The notes under the pieces are model-generated. The model ran no database searches. It was not told the DNA's origin and saw only the letters and a list, made by a program, of their open reading frames with translations. 43,774 nt of DNA from an uncultured Gammaproteobacteria bacterium (GTDB lineage: Bacteria > Pseudomonadota > Gammaproteobacteria > Nitrosococcales > Methylophagaceae), in assembly GCA_913058195.1 (NCBI GenBank), contig CAJXPP010000001.1:1-43774 (forward strand). The letters run 5' to 3'. Positions 34,389 to 43,774 of the stretch are shown piece by piece. Every line of letters begins with the position of its first letter. The first letter of the stretch is position 1. Made by a program: the position numbers and the translations under genes.

Positions 34389-37300
34389 TTGAAACAGAAT
34401 CAATTGAAGGTACGCGACGTGGGTCAGCCAACAGAATTAGAACAAGGTCTCTATAGACCTGAATTTGAAAAAGACAATTGTGGCTTCGGTCTCATCGCAC
34501 AGATGGACGGAAAGCCTAGCCATTGGTTAGTCGAAACAGCAATCGAAGCATTAGGTAATCTAACGCATCGTGGTGCTATTGGTGCTGACGGTAAAACCGG
34601 TGATGGTTGTGGCTTATTGATGAAAAAACCAGATGGTTTTTTTCGTGCCATTGCCGACGAACTTGGTTTTTCTTTAGCTGATAATTATGCCGTTGGTATG
34701 GTTTTCCTATCGCAAGATGATGCTAAAGCAACTGTAAACCAAGCGGTTGTCTCTGAACAATTAACAAATCAAGGCCTTGAAGTATTAGGCTGGCGTGATG
34801 TGCCTGTTGATGCTGAAGCTGCTTGTGGTGAAACGGCCTTAGCCCTGCTCCCAATCATGCGCCAAGTATTTGTTAATGCGGGCAGCGATATGGATGAGGC
34901 GGCATTTGAACGTCACCTATATATTGCGCGACGTCTAGCTGAAAAAGCAGTGACAGATGATGATGCATTCTATATTCCAACATTGTCTGCTCATGTAGTG
35001 TCGTATAAAGGTTTAGTAATGCCTTCGTATTTACCTACTTTCTATAAAGACTTAAATGACAAACGTATGGAAACCGCTATTTGTGTGTTCCACCAACGTT
35101 TCTCAACCAATACTTGGCCACAATGGAAGTTAGCGCAACCTTTCCGTTACTTGGCTCATAATGGCGAAATTAATACTGTTCGAGGCAACCGTAACTGGGC
35201 TTTAGCTCGTGGTGCTAAATTTGCGACAAAATTAATCGACAATATGGATGATATTCGTCCATTAGTAAACGTAACCGGTTCTGATTCTTCAAGTATGGAT
35301 AATATGCTTGAAGCGATGATGGCTGGTGGCATAAACATGTTCCGCGCAATGCGATTACTTGTGCCTGCAGCATGGCAAAATGACAACACGATGGACCCTG
35401 ACTTAAGAGCCTTTTATGACTATAACTCCATGCATATGGAACCATGGGATGGCCCAGCAGGCGTTGTATTAACCAATGGTCGTTATGCTGCTTGTACGCT
35501 TGACCGAAATGGTCTTCGTCCAGCGCGTTATATCATCACCAAAGATCGTCATATTACTATTGCATCTGAAGTTGGTGTTTACCCATACAAACCTGAAGAT
35601 GTAGTCACTAAAGGTCGCTTAAAACCAGGACAAATGTTAGCTGTTGATACGTCAACGGGTGAATTACTACTTCCAGATGATATTAATAACTCATTGAAAT
35701 CAGCACAACCTTACCGTGAATGGATTGAAAAAAATCTGAAGCGCATCGAAGATAGTGCTGATGATGAAACAGGCCCAACACTTGAAGGTGATGAACTTGT
35801 TAGTTACGAGAAACTATTCCAAGTTAGCTTTGAAGAACGTGACCAGGTTATTCGTGTATTAGGTGAAGCGGGTCAGGAAGCGACTGGTTCAATGGGTGAT
35901 GACACACCATTCCCTGTCATGTCTCACAAAGAACGTTCTTTATTCGACTACTTCCGCCAACAATTTGCCCAAGTAACTAATCCTCCCATTGATTCATTAC
36001 GTGAAAATATCGTCATGTCATTGGAAACTTGTTTTGGACAAGAGCATAACTTATTTGAAGAGGCAGAAGATCACGCTGAGCGCGTTGTAGTTGACTCTCC
36101 AGTGTTATCAGAAAGTCGCTTTCAGCAGTTATTACATCTTAGTGATAATGACCTCAATTATAAATCTACTGTCATCTCACTAGCCTACACAGCTGATATT
36201 GGCCTAGAAGCAGCCGTTGATTCAATTGTTGAGCAAGCTGAACGTGCAGCTCGAAACGGTACAATCCTTATTGTATTAACTGATCGTAATATCGGACCAG
36301 GTAGCCTGCCTGTTCATGTTTTATTAGCAACAGGTGCAGTCCATCAGCGCTTAATAAAAGCGGGTTTACGTTGTAATACTAATATCATTGTAGAAACAGC
36401 AACTGCTCGTGACTCACATCACTTTGCAGTATTGATTGGTAACGGTGCAACAGCGGTTTACCCATACCTCGCTTATGCTTGTTTAAATGACATGATTAAT
36501 ACCAACGAGATTAAAGATATCACTCGCCCTGAAGTGTGCGCCCGATACCGTAAAGGTATCAACAAAGGCTTATTCAAAATCATCTCGAAAATGGGTATCT
36601 CAACAATTTCCAGCTACCGCGGTGCTCAATTATTTGAAATTGTTGGCTTAAACGAAGCCGTTGTTGATAAGTGCTTTACTGCAACAACAAGCCGTATCAG
36701 TGGTACTGGATTTGAAGAAATTCATGCCGATCAACAAACACTTGCTGATAGCGCTTGGAGTCAACGCAAAAAACGTGACCAAGGTGGTTTATTAAAATAT
36801 GTTCATGGCAATGAATATCATGCTTACAATCCAGATGTTATTGCAAGCTTACAAAAAGCGGTTCAAGGTGGTAATTATGATGACTATAAAACCTATGCTG
36901 ACTTAGTCAATGAACGTCCTGCAATGGTATTGCGAGATTTATTAGCACTTAAACCTGCTGATAAAGCATTAACACTTGATGAAGTTGAACCGGTTGGTGA
37001 TATCTTGGCACGCTTTGATAGTGCCGGCATGTCATTAGGTGCTTTATCACCCGAAGCTCATGAAGCTATGGCAACCGCAATGAATCGTTTAGGCGGCCGT
37101 TCTAACTCGGGTGAGGGTGGTGAAGATCCTGCTCGCTTTGGTACAGAACGCGTCTCTAAAATCAAGCAAGTTGCTTCAGGTCGTTTTGGTGTGACACCAC
37201 ACTACCTTGTCAATGCAGAAGTATTGCAAATCAAAGTCGCCCAAGGTGCAAAACCAGGTGAAGGTGGTCAATTACCGGGTGGTAAAGTCAATCAGATGAT

Positions 37301-38888
37301 TGCAACATTACGTCACTCTGTTCCTGGTGTTACTCTAATTTCGCCACCGCCACATCATGATATTTATTCAATTGAGGATTTAGCTCAACTTATCTTCGAT
37401 TTGAAACAAGTGAATCCTAGCGCATTAGTATCAGTTAAATTGGTATCTGAAGCCGGTGTAGGCACGATAGCAGCCGGTGTTGCTAAAGCCTATGCTGACT
37501 TAATCACCATTTCTGGCTATGACGGAGGTACTGCTGCTAGCCCACTAACATCAGTAAAATATGCTGGTGGTCCATGGGAATTAGGTTTAAGTGAAACCCA
37601 TCAAGCATTACGTGCTAATGACTTGCGTGACAAAGTTCGCTTGCAAACAGACGGTGGGTTAAAAACAGGTCTAGATGTCATTAAAGCGGGCATTTTAGGG
37701 GCAGAAAGTTTTGCCTTTGGTACCGGCCCAATGGTGGCATTAGGTTGTAAATTCCTACGTATCTGCCACTTGAATAACTGTGCGACCGGTGTTGCAACAC
37801 AAAATGATACATTGCGTAGCAACCACTTTATTGGCTTGCCGCAAATGGTAATGAACTACTTTCAGTTTGTTGCCCGTGAAACCCAAGAATGGTTAGCTAT
37901 TTTGGGTGTTAACAGCATGGCTGAATTAATTGGACGTACTGACTTACTTGAAATCTTGCCCGGTACAACAGACAAGCAACGTAAATTAGATTTAGCACCA
38001 TTATTATCAACAGCCGGTGTTGCTGCAGATAAGCCGCAATACTGTCTTAAGCCGAAAAATGAACCTTATGATAAAGGTGAATTAGCCGAGCAAATGATTG
38101 TTGATATGCAAGAAGCGATTACCAATAAGACCGGTGGTTTCTTTGAATATAATGTACGAAATATTCATCGTTCAATCGGTGGTCGTATTTCAGGTGAAAT
38201 TGCTCGTCATCACGCTAACTATGGCATGTCTGATGCGCCAATTCGTGTACAACTGAAAGGTTCTGCAGGCCAAAGCTTTGGTGTGTGGAATGCAGGTGGT
38301 CTAGAGATGCGCCTTGAAGGTGATGCCAATGACTATGTTGGTAAAGGCATGGCTGCAGGTAAATTAAGCATTTATCCATCGCCTGAAAGTCAGTTTGAAA
38401 CGCAAGAAGCCAGCATTATGGGTAACACCTGTTTATATGGTGCAACTGGTGGCGAACTCTATGCTGCAGGTATGGCTGGAGAACGTTTTGCTGTTCGTAA
38501 CTCAGGTGCTACTGCCGTTATCGAAGGTATAGGAGACCACGGTTGTGAATATATGACCGGCGGTGTTGTTGCTGTATTAGGTGAAACAGGCCTGAACTTC
38601 GGTGCAGGTATGACCGGTGGTTTTGCTTATGTACTTGATGTTGAAGACACTTTCTCTGAACGTTATAACCAAGAACTTGTTGAGTTAATTCGCATGAATA
38701 ATGCAGACGTATCAGAGCATGCTCTTCACTTGAAAGGACTAATTGAAGATCATGTTCGTGAAACAAATAGTGCGTGGGGTAATCAGCTACTCGATACCCT
38801 AGAGCAACGCTTGGGGCAGTTCTGGTTAGTAAAACCAAAAGCAGCAGCATTAGATAGTTTGCTAAAACTAGCAAGCAAAGCAGCATAA
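34389..38888 (+). CDS. gltB: Glutamate synthase (NADPH) large subunit
   Basis: 1499 aa. N-terminal nucleophile context [11 protein letters not shown], as in E. coli GltB, plus FMN/3Fe-4S and GXGXG domains. No in-frame ATG precedes the catalytic Cys. The start is TTG 34389, or alternatively TTG 34404 or GTG 34419, so the 5' end is uncertain by up to 10 codons. Confidence 0.95.
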   Translation: MKQNQLKVRDVGQPTELEQGLYRPEFEKDNCGFGLIAQMDGKPSHWLVETAIEALGNLTHRGAIGADGKTGDGCGLLMKKPDGFFRAIADELGFSLADNYAVGMVFLSQDDAKATVNQAVVSEQLTNQGLEVLGWRDVPVDAEAACGETALALLPIMRQVFVNAGSDMDEAAFERHLYIARRLAEKAVTDDDAFYIPTLSAHVVSYKGLVMPSYLPTFYKDLNDKRMETAICVFHQRFSTNTWPQWKLAQPFRYLAHNGEINTVRGNRNWALARGAKFATKLIDNMDDIRPLVNVTGSDSSSMDNMLEAMMAGGINMFRAMRLLVPAAWQNDNTMDPDLRAFYDYNSMHMEPWDGPAGVVLTNGRYAACTLDRNGLRPARYIITKDRHITIASEVGVYPYKPEDVVTKGRLKPGQMLAVDTSTGELLLPDDINNSLKSAQPYREWIEKNLKRIEDSADDETGPTLEGDELVSYEKLFQVSFEERDQVIRVLGEAGQEATGSMGDDTPFPVMSHKERSLFDYFRQQFAQVTNPPIDSLRENIVMSLETCFGQEHNLFEEAEDHAERVVVDSPVLSESRFQQLLHLSDNDLNYKSTVISLAYTADIGLEAAVDSIVEQAERAARNGTILIVLTDRNIGPGSLPVHVLLATGAVHQRLIKAGLRCNTNIIVETATARDSHHFAVLIGNGATAVYPYLAYACLNDMINTNEIKDITRPEVCARYRKGINKGLFKIISKMGISTISSYRGAQLFEIVGLNEAVVDKCFTATTSRISGTGFEEIHADQQTLADSAWSQRKKRDQGGLLKYVHGNEYHAYNPDVIASLQKAVQGGNYDDYKTYADLVNERPAMVLRDLLALKPADKALTLDEVEPVGDILARFDSAGMSLGALSPEAHEAMATAMNRLGGRSNSGEGGEDPARFGTERVSKIKQVASGRFGVTPHYLVNAEVLQIKVAQGAKPGEGGQLPGGKVNQMIATLRHSVPGVTLISPPPHHDIYSIEDLAQLIFDLKQVNPSALVSVKLVSEAGVGTIAAGVAKAYADLITISGYDGGTAASPLTSVKYAGGPWELGLSETHQALRANDLRDKVRLQTDGGLKTGLDVIKAGILGAESFAFGTGPMVALGCKFLRICHLNNCATGVATQNDTLRSNHFIGLPQMVMNYFQFVARETQEWLAILGVNSMAELIGRTDLLEILPGTTDKQRKLDLAPLLSTAGVAADKPQYCLKPKNEPYDKGELAEQMIVDMQEAITNKTGGFFEYNVRNIHRSIGGRISGEIARHHANYGMSDAPIRVQLKGSAGQSFGVWNAGGLEMRLEGDANDYVGKGMAAGKLSIYPSPESQFETQEASIMGNTCLYGATGGELYAAGMAGERFAVRNSGATAVIEGIGDHGCEYMTGGVVAVLGETGLNFGAGMTGGFAYVLDVEDTFSERYNQELVELIRMNNADVSEHALHLKGLIEDHVRETNSAWGNQLLDTLEQRLGQFWLVKPKAAALDSLLKLASKAA

Positions 38889-40313
<1,425 letters not shown>

Positions 40314-40335
40314 GTGTCGAATACAAGGAACATCT

Positions 40336-41409
40336 GTGTCAGAATTAAAAAATGATCGTTATTTAAGAGCCCTTTTACGTCAGCCTGTTGATAAAACACC
40401 AGTCTGGGTAATGCGACAAGCAGGACGTTATTTACCTGAGTACCGTGAAGTGCGTGCGAAAGCAGGTGACTTTATGACACTGTGTTCAACACCAGAGCTT
40501 GCTTGTGAAGTGACTCTTCAACCTCTACGTCGATTTGATTTAGACGCGGCGATTATCTTCTCTGATATTTTGACTATTCCCGATGCAATGGGCTTAGGTT
40601 TACACTTTGTTGCTGGTGAAGGTCCTAAGTTTAACAATATTATCCGATCTGCTGCTGATATCGCCAAGTTAGGTGTTCCTGACATGGAAGATAACCTTGG
40701 CTATGTGATGGACGCTATTCGTCTTACGCGCCGCGAACTGGATGGTAAAGTACCCTTGATTGGCTTTAGTGGCAGTCCATGGACGCTGGCATGTTATATG
40801 GTTGAAGGCGGTTCTAGTAAGGACTTCGCTAAAGTTAAAGGCATGATGTTTGATGCCCCAGAGCAAATGCATGCTCTACTGAGTGTATTAGCTGATTCCG
40901 TTATTGCTTATTTAAATGCTCAAATTGCAGCCGGCGCACAATCTATCATGTTATTTGATACATGGGGCGGTGCACTTAGCACAGAGAATTATCAAGAATT
41001 CTCATTAGCTTATATGCAAAAAATTGTAGCAGGTTTAACCCGTGAGTCTGATGGTCGAATCGTTCCAGTAACCCTCTTCACTAAAGGTGGCGGCCAATGG
41101 CTCGAGTTAATGGCTAATACAGGTGTTGATGCTATAGGTTTAGATTGGACAACTGATCTCGCTACTGCACGCCAGCGTGTTGGTGATAAAGTGACATTAC
41201 AAGGCAATATGGATCCTTGTGTCTTATATGCTTCTGCTGATCGTGTTGAACAAGAAGTGGCCAGTGTGTTGGCAGGCTTTGGACAAGCAGAAACAGGCCA
41301 TGTGTTTAACTTAGGTCATGGCATCCACCCAACTATTGCCCCAGAAAATATGAAACGTCTGGTTGACTCAGTTCATAGCTTAAGCGAACCCTACTACGCA
41401 AAAAGCTAG
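40336..41409 (+). CDS. hemE: Uroporphyrinogen decarboxylase
   Basis: 357 aa with a GTG start. [15 protein letters not shown] and [13 protein letters not shown] are signature HemE blocks. Confidence 0.96.
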   Translation: MSELKNDRYLRALLRQPVDKTPVWVMRQAGRYLPEYREVRAKAGDFMTLCSTPELACEVTLQPLRRFDLDAAIIFSDILTIPDAMGLGLHFVAGEGPKFNNIIRSAADIAKLGVPDMEDNLGYVMDAIRLTRRELDGKVPLIGFSGSPWTLACYMVEGGSSKDFAKVKGMMFDAPEQMHALLSVLADSVIAYLNAQIAAGAQSIMLFDTWGGALSTENYQEFSLAYMQKIVAGLTRESDGRIVPVTLFTKGGGQWLELMANTGVDAIGLDWTTDLATARQRVGDKVTLQGNMDPCVLYASADRVEQEVASVLAGFGQAETGHVFNLGHGIHPTIAPENMKRLVDSVHSLSEPYYAKS

Positions 41410-41417
41410 TTAAGTAT

Positions 41418-41457
41418 TAATGGCTTTGACTTCTTTTAATTTAAGTCAAAGCCATTA
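41418..41457 (+). repeat. Perfect 15-bp inverted repeat (hairpin with 10-nt loop) between hemE and the EamA transporter gene; no flanking U-tract
   Basis: TAATGGCTTTGACTT (41418-41432) is the exact reverse complement of AAGTCAAAGCCATTA (41443-41457). Neither strand has a T-run after the stem, so it is not a canonical intrinsic terminator. Confidence 0.6.
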
Positions 41458-41465
41458 GCAATCTA

Positions 41466-42374
41466 ATGTCGACAACACTACCTGTTCAAAATCACACCCT
41501 AGGCTTTGTATTAGCAATCCTAGGCACACTGCTATTCTCCCTTAAGTCTATCTTTATAAAGCTGCTATACCAACAAGGCTTGGATGCTAGTACCGTCTTA
41601 GTAGTACGCATGGCATTAGCTTTACCAATCTATATAGTCATATTAACCATCACTCTGAATTATCGAACAAAAACTGAACTGAGTCCGAAGACCGTAGGCT
41701 GCGTCTTTTTGATAGGGTTTTTAGGTTATTACTTAGCTTCATTACTTGATCTTATGGGATTAGAACTCGTTTCAGCCCAACTAGAACGATTAAGTCTATT
41801 CACCTACCCATTTCTCGTCGCCATACTCGGATTAGTATTCTTTAAAGAGCCTATCACTCGCAAATTACTCATTGCCATGCTAACCAGCTATTCAGGATTA
41901 TGGGTGGTTATGGGGCAAGAACTACAATTAACTGATAATAATGTTGTTCAAGGAGTGAGCTTAGTTCTGGGCTCAGCGCTTAGCTATGCTTGTTATGTTT
42001 TATTAAGTCGGCCATGGATAAAGCGACTAACAGGTCTGGTATTTACCAGCCTAGCAATGATTTCTTCAAGCATATTTGGCTTATTACATGGTGTAATAGT
42101 AATCGATTGGACTTTAGTAAGCCTGACTTCTACCGCATGGTTATGGTTGTTCATGTTAGTTATATTTAGCACCGTCATTCCAAGCTTTATGATATCAGAA
42201 GCAATACATCGAATTGGTCCAGCTCAAACCGGCGTAGTGGGCATGCTAGGGCCTGTTATCACCATAGGATTAGCCGTATACCTTCTAGCTGAACCATTCA
42301 CGCCTGAAATAGCGCTTGGCGTAGCGCTGGTAATTATAGGCGTAATGAGCTTGATATTAAAAAAGGTATTTTAA
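41466..42374 (+). CDS. EamA/DMT-family transporter
   Basis: 302 aa with about 10 hydrophobic helices in two repeated halves, typical of the drug/metabolite transporter superfamily. Confidence 0.8.
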   Translation: MSTTLPVQNHTLGFVLAILGTLLFSLKSIFIKLLYQQGLDASTVLVVRMALALPIYIVILTITLNYRTKTELSPKTVGCVFLIGFLGYYLASLLDLMGLELVSAQLERLSLFTYPFLVAILGLVFFKEPITRKLLIAMLTSYSGLWVVMGQELQLTDNNVVQGVSLVLGSALSYACYVLLSRPWIKRLTGLVFTSLAMISSSIFGLLHGVIVIDWTLVSLTSTAWLWLFMLVIFSTVIPSFMISEAIHRIGPAQTGVVGMLGPVITIGLAVYLLAEPFTPEIALGVALVIIGVMSLILKKVF

Positions 42375-42969
42375 AAATCTCAAGAATATCTTTAAAGGGT
42401 CGCTCCCCATTCTAGTTCAAATAGCCGTATTCATATGGCTTATATATGAGTCTAAACGTCGTATGAAAAATGACTTTGTATACTCAATATAAAATATTAA
42501 AGTGAAGTATCGAGATAATACGTAATAGTGTCTAATCTGACAGCTTCCGCCCAAAGCAGACATTGATTAACTCGTGAAAAGCGGGGAAATATATCACCCA
42601 CTAAATATTGGGAAAACTGCCTAACTTATGTTCATGCTCAAGGTGAATCGTGACAACTTCTACATTTAAAGATAATTGCAAACATGCTGTGGCTGTTTAG
42701 GTAGCTTAAACCTTAATATCTTGGATGCTTGGTGGGTTTAGGGTTTATGGCATTAGATACTTTTCCTTTCAATTTTTTATGCCACAGGCTTATCCTTAGC
42801 GTTGGGCACTAATGTTTGTTTACTATTTAACTTTATTGATTTCTTATAGTTCGTATTAATTTACGTGATTAGTCGCTATTACATGTTCTGGTTGAACTGT
42901 TTTAAAGTGTTTGCTAAATTAGATAGCTAAGCTCATAGTTAGCTTTCTGTATACCTATTTGGATTAGCC

Positions 42970-43743
42970 ATGAAAAAATTTCATACAGCAGTTATTGGCG
43001 GCGGTTGTCTTGGGTCTGCAAGCGCTATTTCACTTGCTCACTCCTTAAAGAAAATTGGAGGCAAACCTGAATCAATCTGCTTAATTGAAAAAAATGTTTT
43101 AGGTAGTGGAATATCCTCGCGACAATCAGGATTAATAAGATCTGCCAATGCCGATGAAGCTTCAGCTCACTTAGCTAAGATTTCAACTGATATGTGGCTT
43201 AATATTAAAAAAATATGGGGTATAGATCTTGAAGTCGAACGAGCTGGGGCTTTATGGATTGCAAAAAAAGGCAAAAATGGCTCTAACCAAAAATGGGATG
43301 CTATTAGCCAAAACCTAAAAAAGATACCCATTGATTTTAAAAAAATAACCTTAGATAAGGCTCATTTAATTTGTCCTCACTTTATTAATTTATATGAAGA
43401 CGAAATTTTTTATCATGAACCCGAAGCAATACAACTTGATCCCACGCATGTAAGACAGCAACTTTATCAAGGCATTCAAAACTCAAATCTAACTCTTTTT
43501 GAAGGTGAGGAAGTGGTTGGTTTCAAAAAGAATAAAAGTGAAAAAATCACTGAAATTATTTTAACTAATCATACCATTCAAGTGGAGCATGTTATTAACG
43601 CTGCAGGGCCATGGAGCCCCAAGTTATTTGAGAAATTAGGTGTCACAATTCCTATAAGTGTTGAGCCGGTATTTGTCGCAAATTGGCTTAGTAGCCTTGC
43701 TTCGAAAGGTAAAACTAATATGCCAATTATTGCTGATTATGTG
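42970..43743 (+). CDS. FAD-dependent oxidoreductase (DAO / glycine-sarcosine-D-amino-acid oxidase-like family), 3'-truncated
   Basis: The N-terminal dinucleotide fold is TAVIGGGCLGSASA and a later block is VINAAGPWS. Only 258 codons are genomic. The last 6 residues (LSLIHI) and the stop of the listed ORF are encoded by the adapter. The gene is Lys-rich and conspicuously AT-rich. Confidence 0.7.
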
Positions 43744-43774
43744 CTGTCTCTTATACACATCTGACGCTGCCGAC
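43744..43774 (-). other. Illumina Nextera adapter (reverse complement: CTGTCTCTTATACACATCTGACGCTGCCGAC); not genomic
   Basis: Exact reverse complement of bases 15-45 of this window (Tn5 mosaic end plus part of the read-1 adapter). Confidence 0.97.

Noticed and set aside
42375-42969. Possible tRNA, small RNA or small protein gene in the 595-bp ORF-free gap
   Set aside because: There is no T-loop-like GGTTCGAATCC-type element and no cloverleaf. The only ATG-initiated ORFs are 6-24 codons long and lack Shine-Dalgarno sequences, and only short stems of 6 bp or less are present. Nothing supports a call, so the region is reported only as a compositional anomaly.

Overview
This 43.8-kb contig looks like core chromosome from a moderately AT-rich Gammaproteobacteria-type organism. 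That placement is inferred from gene content and order: uvrA divergent from MFS-ssb, rplU-rpmA-obg-proB divergent from ispB, trx-tkt / gap / pgk-pyk, and gltB-gltD-hemE. I call 39 CDS, 2 of them truncated at the contig ends, and nearly all are housekeeping genes. Reading by eye, I found no rRNA, tRNA, CRISPR array, IS element, integrase or recognisable defence gene.

The clearest non-biological signal is untrimmed Illumina Nextera (Tn5 mosaic-end) adapter at both ends (1-45 and 43744-43774). It cuts glyQ, adds a false 6-residue tail and stop codon to the last ORF, and imitates terminal inverted repeats.

I do not see a clear-cut novel multi-gene system. The candidates most worth follow-up are:
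- A translationally coupled thioredoxin-like [2Fe-2S] ferredoxin / HpnD-like / HpnE-like isoprenoid module next to ispB, with no hpnC or cyclase in the window.
- An unrecognised 196-aa membrane-anchored protein translationally coupled behind xthA-ampG.
- A stand-alone CYTH triphosphatase-fold gene coupled by an ATGA overlap to the end of uvrA.
- A 358-nt structured leader upstream of crcB-DUF190-serS that lacks a recognisable fluoride riboswitch.
- An abrupt AT-rich, ORF-free 595-bp stretch followed by a low-GC FAD oxidoreductase at the 3' end, possibly the edge of an island that the contig cuts off.

All functional calls rest on my recognition of motifs in the supplied translations. No database searches were run.
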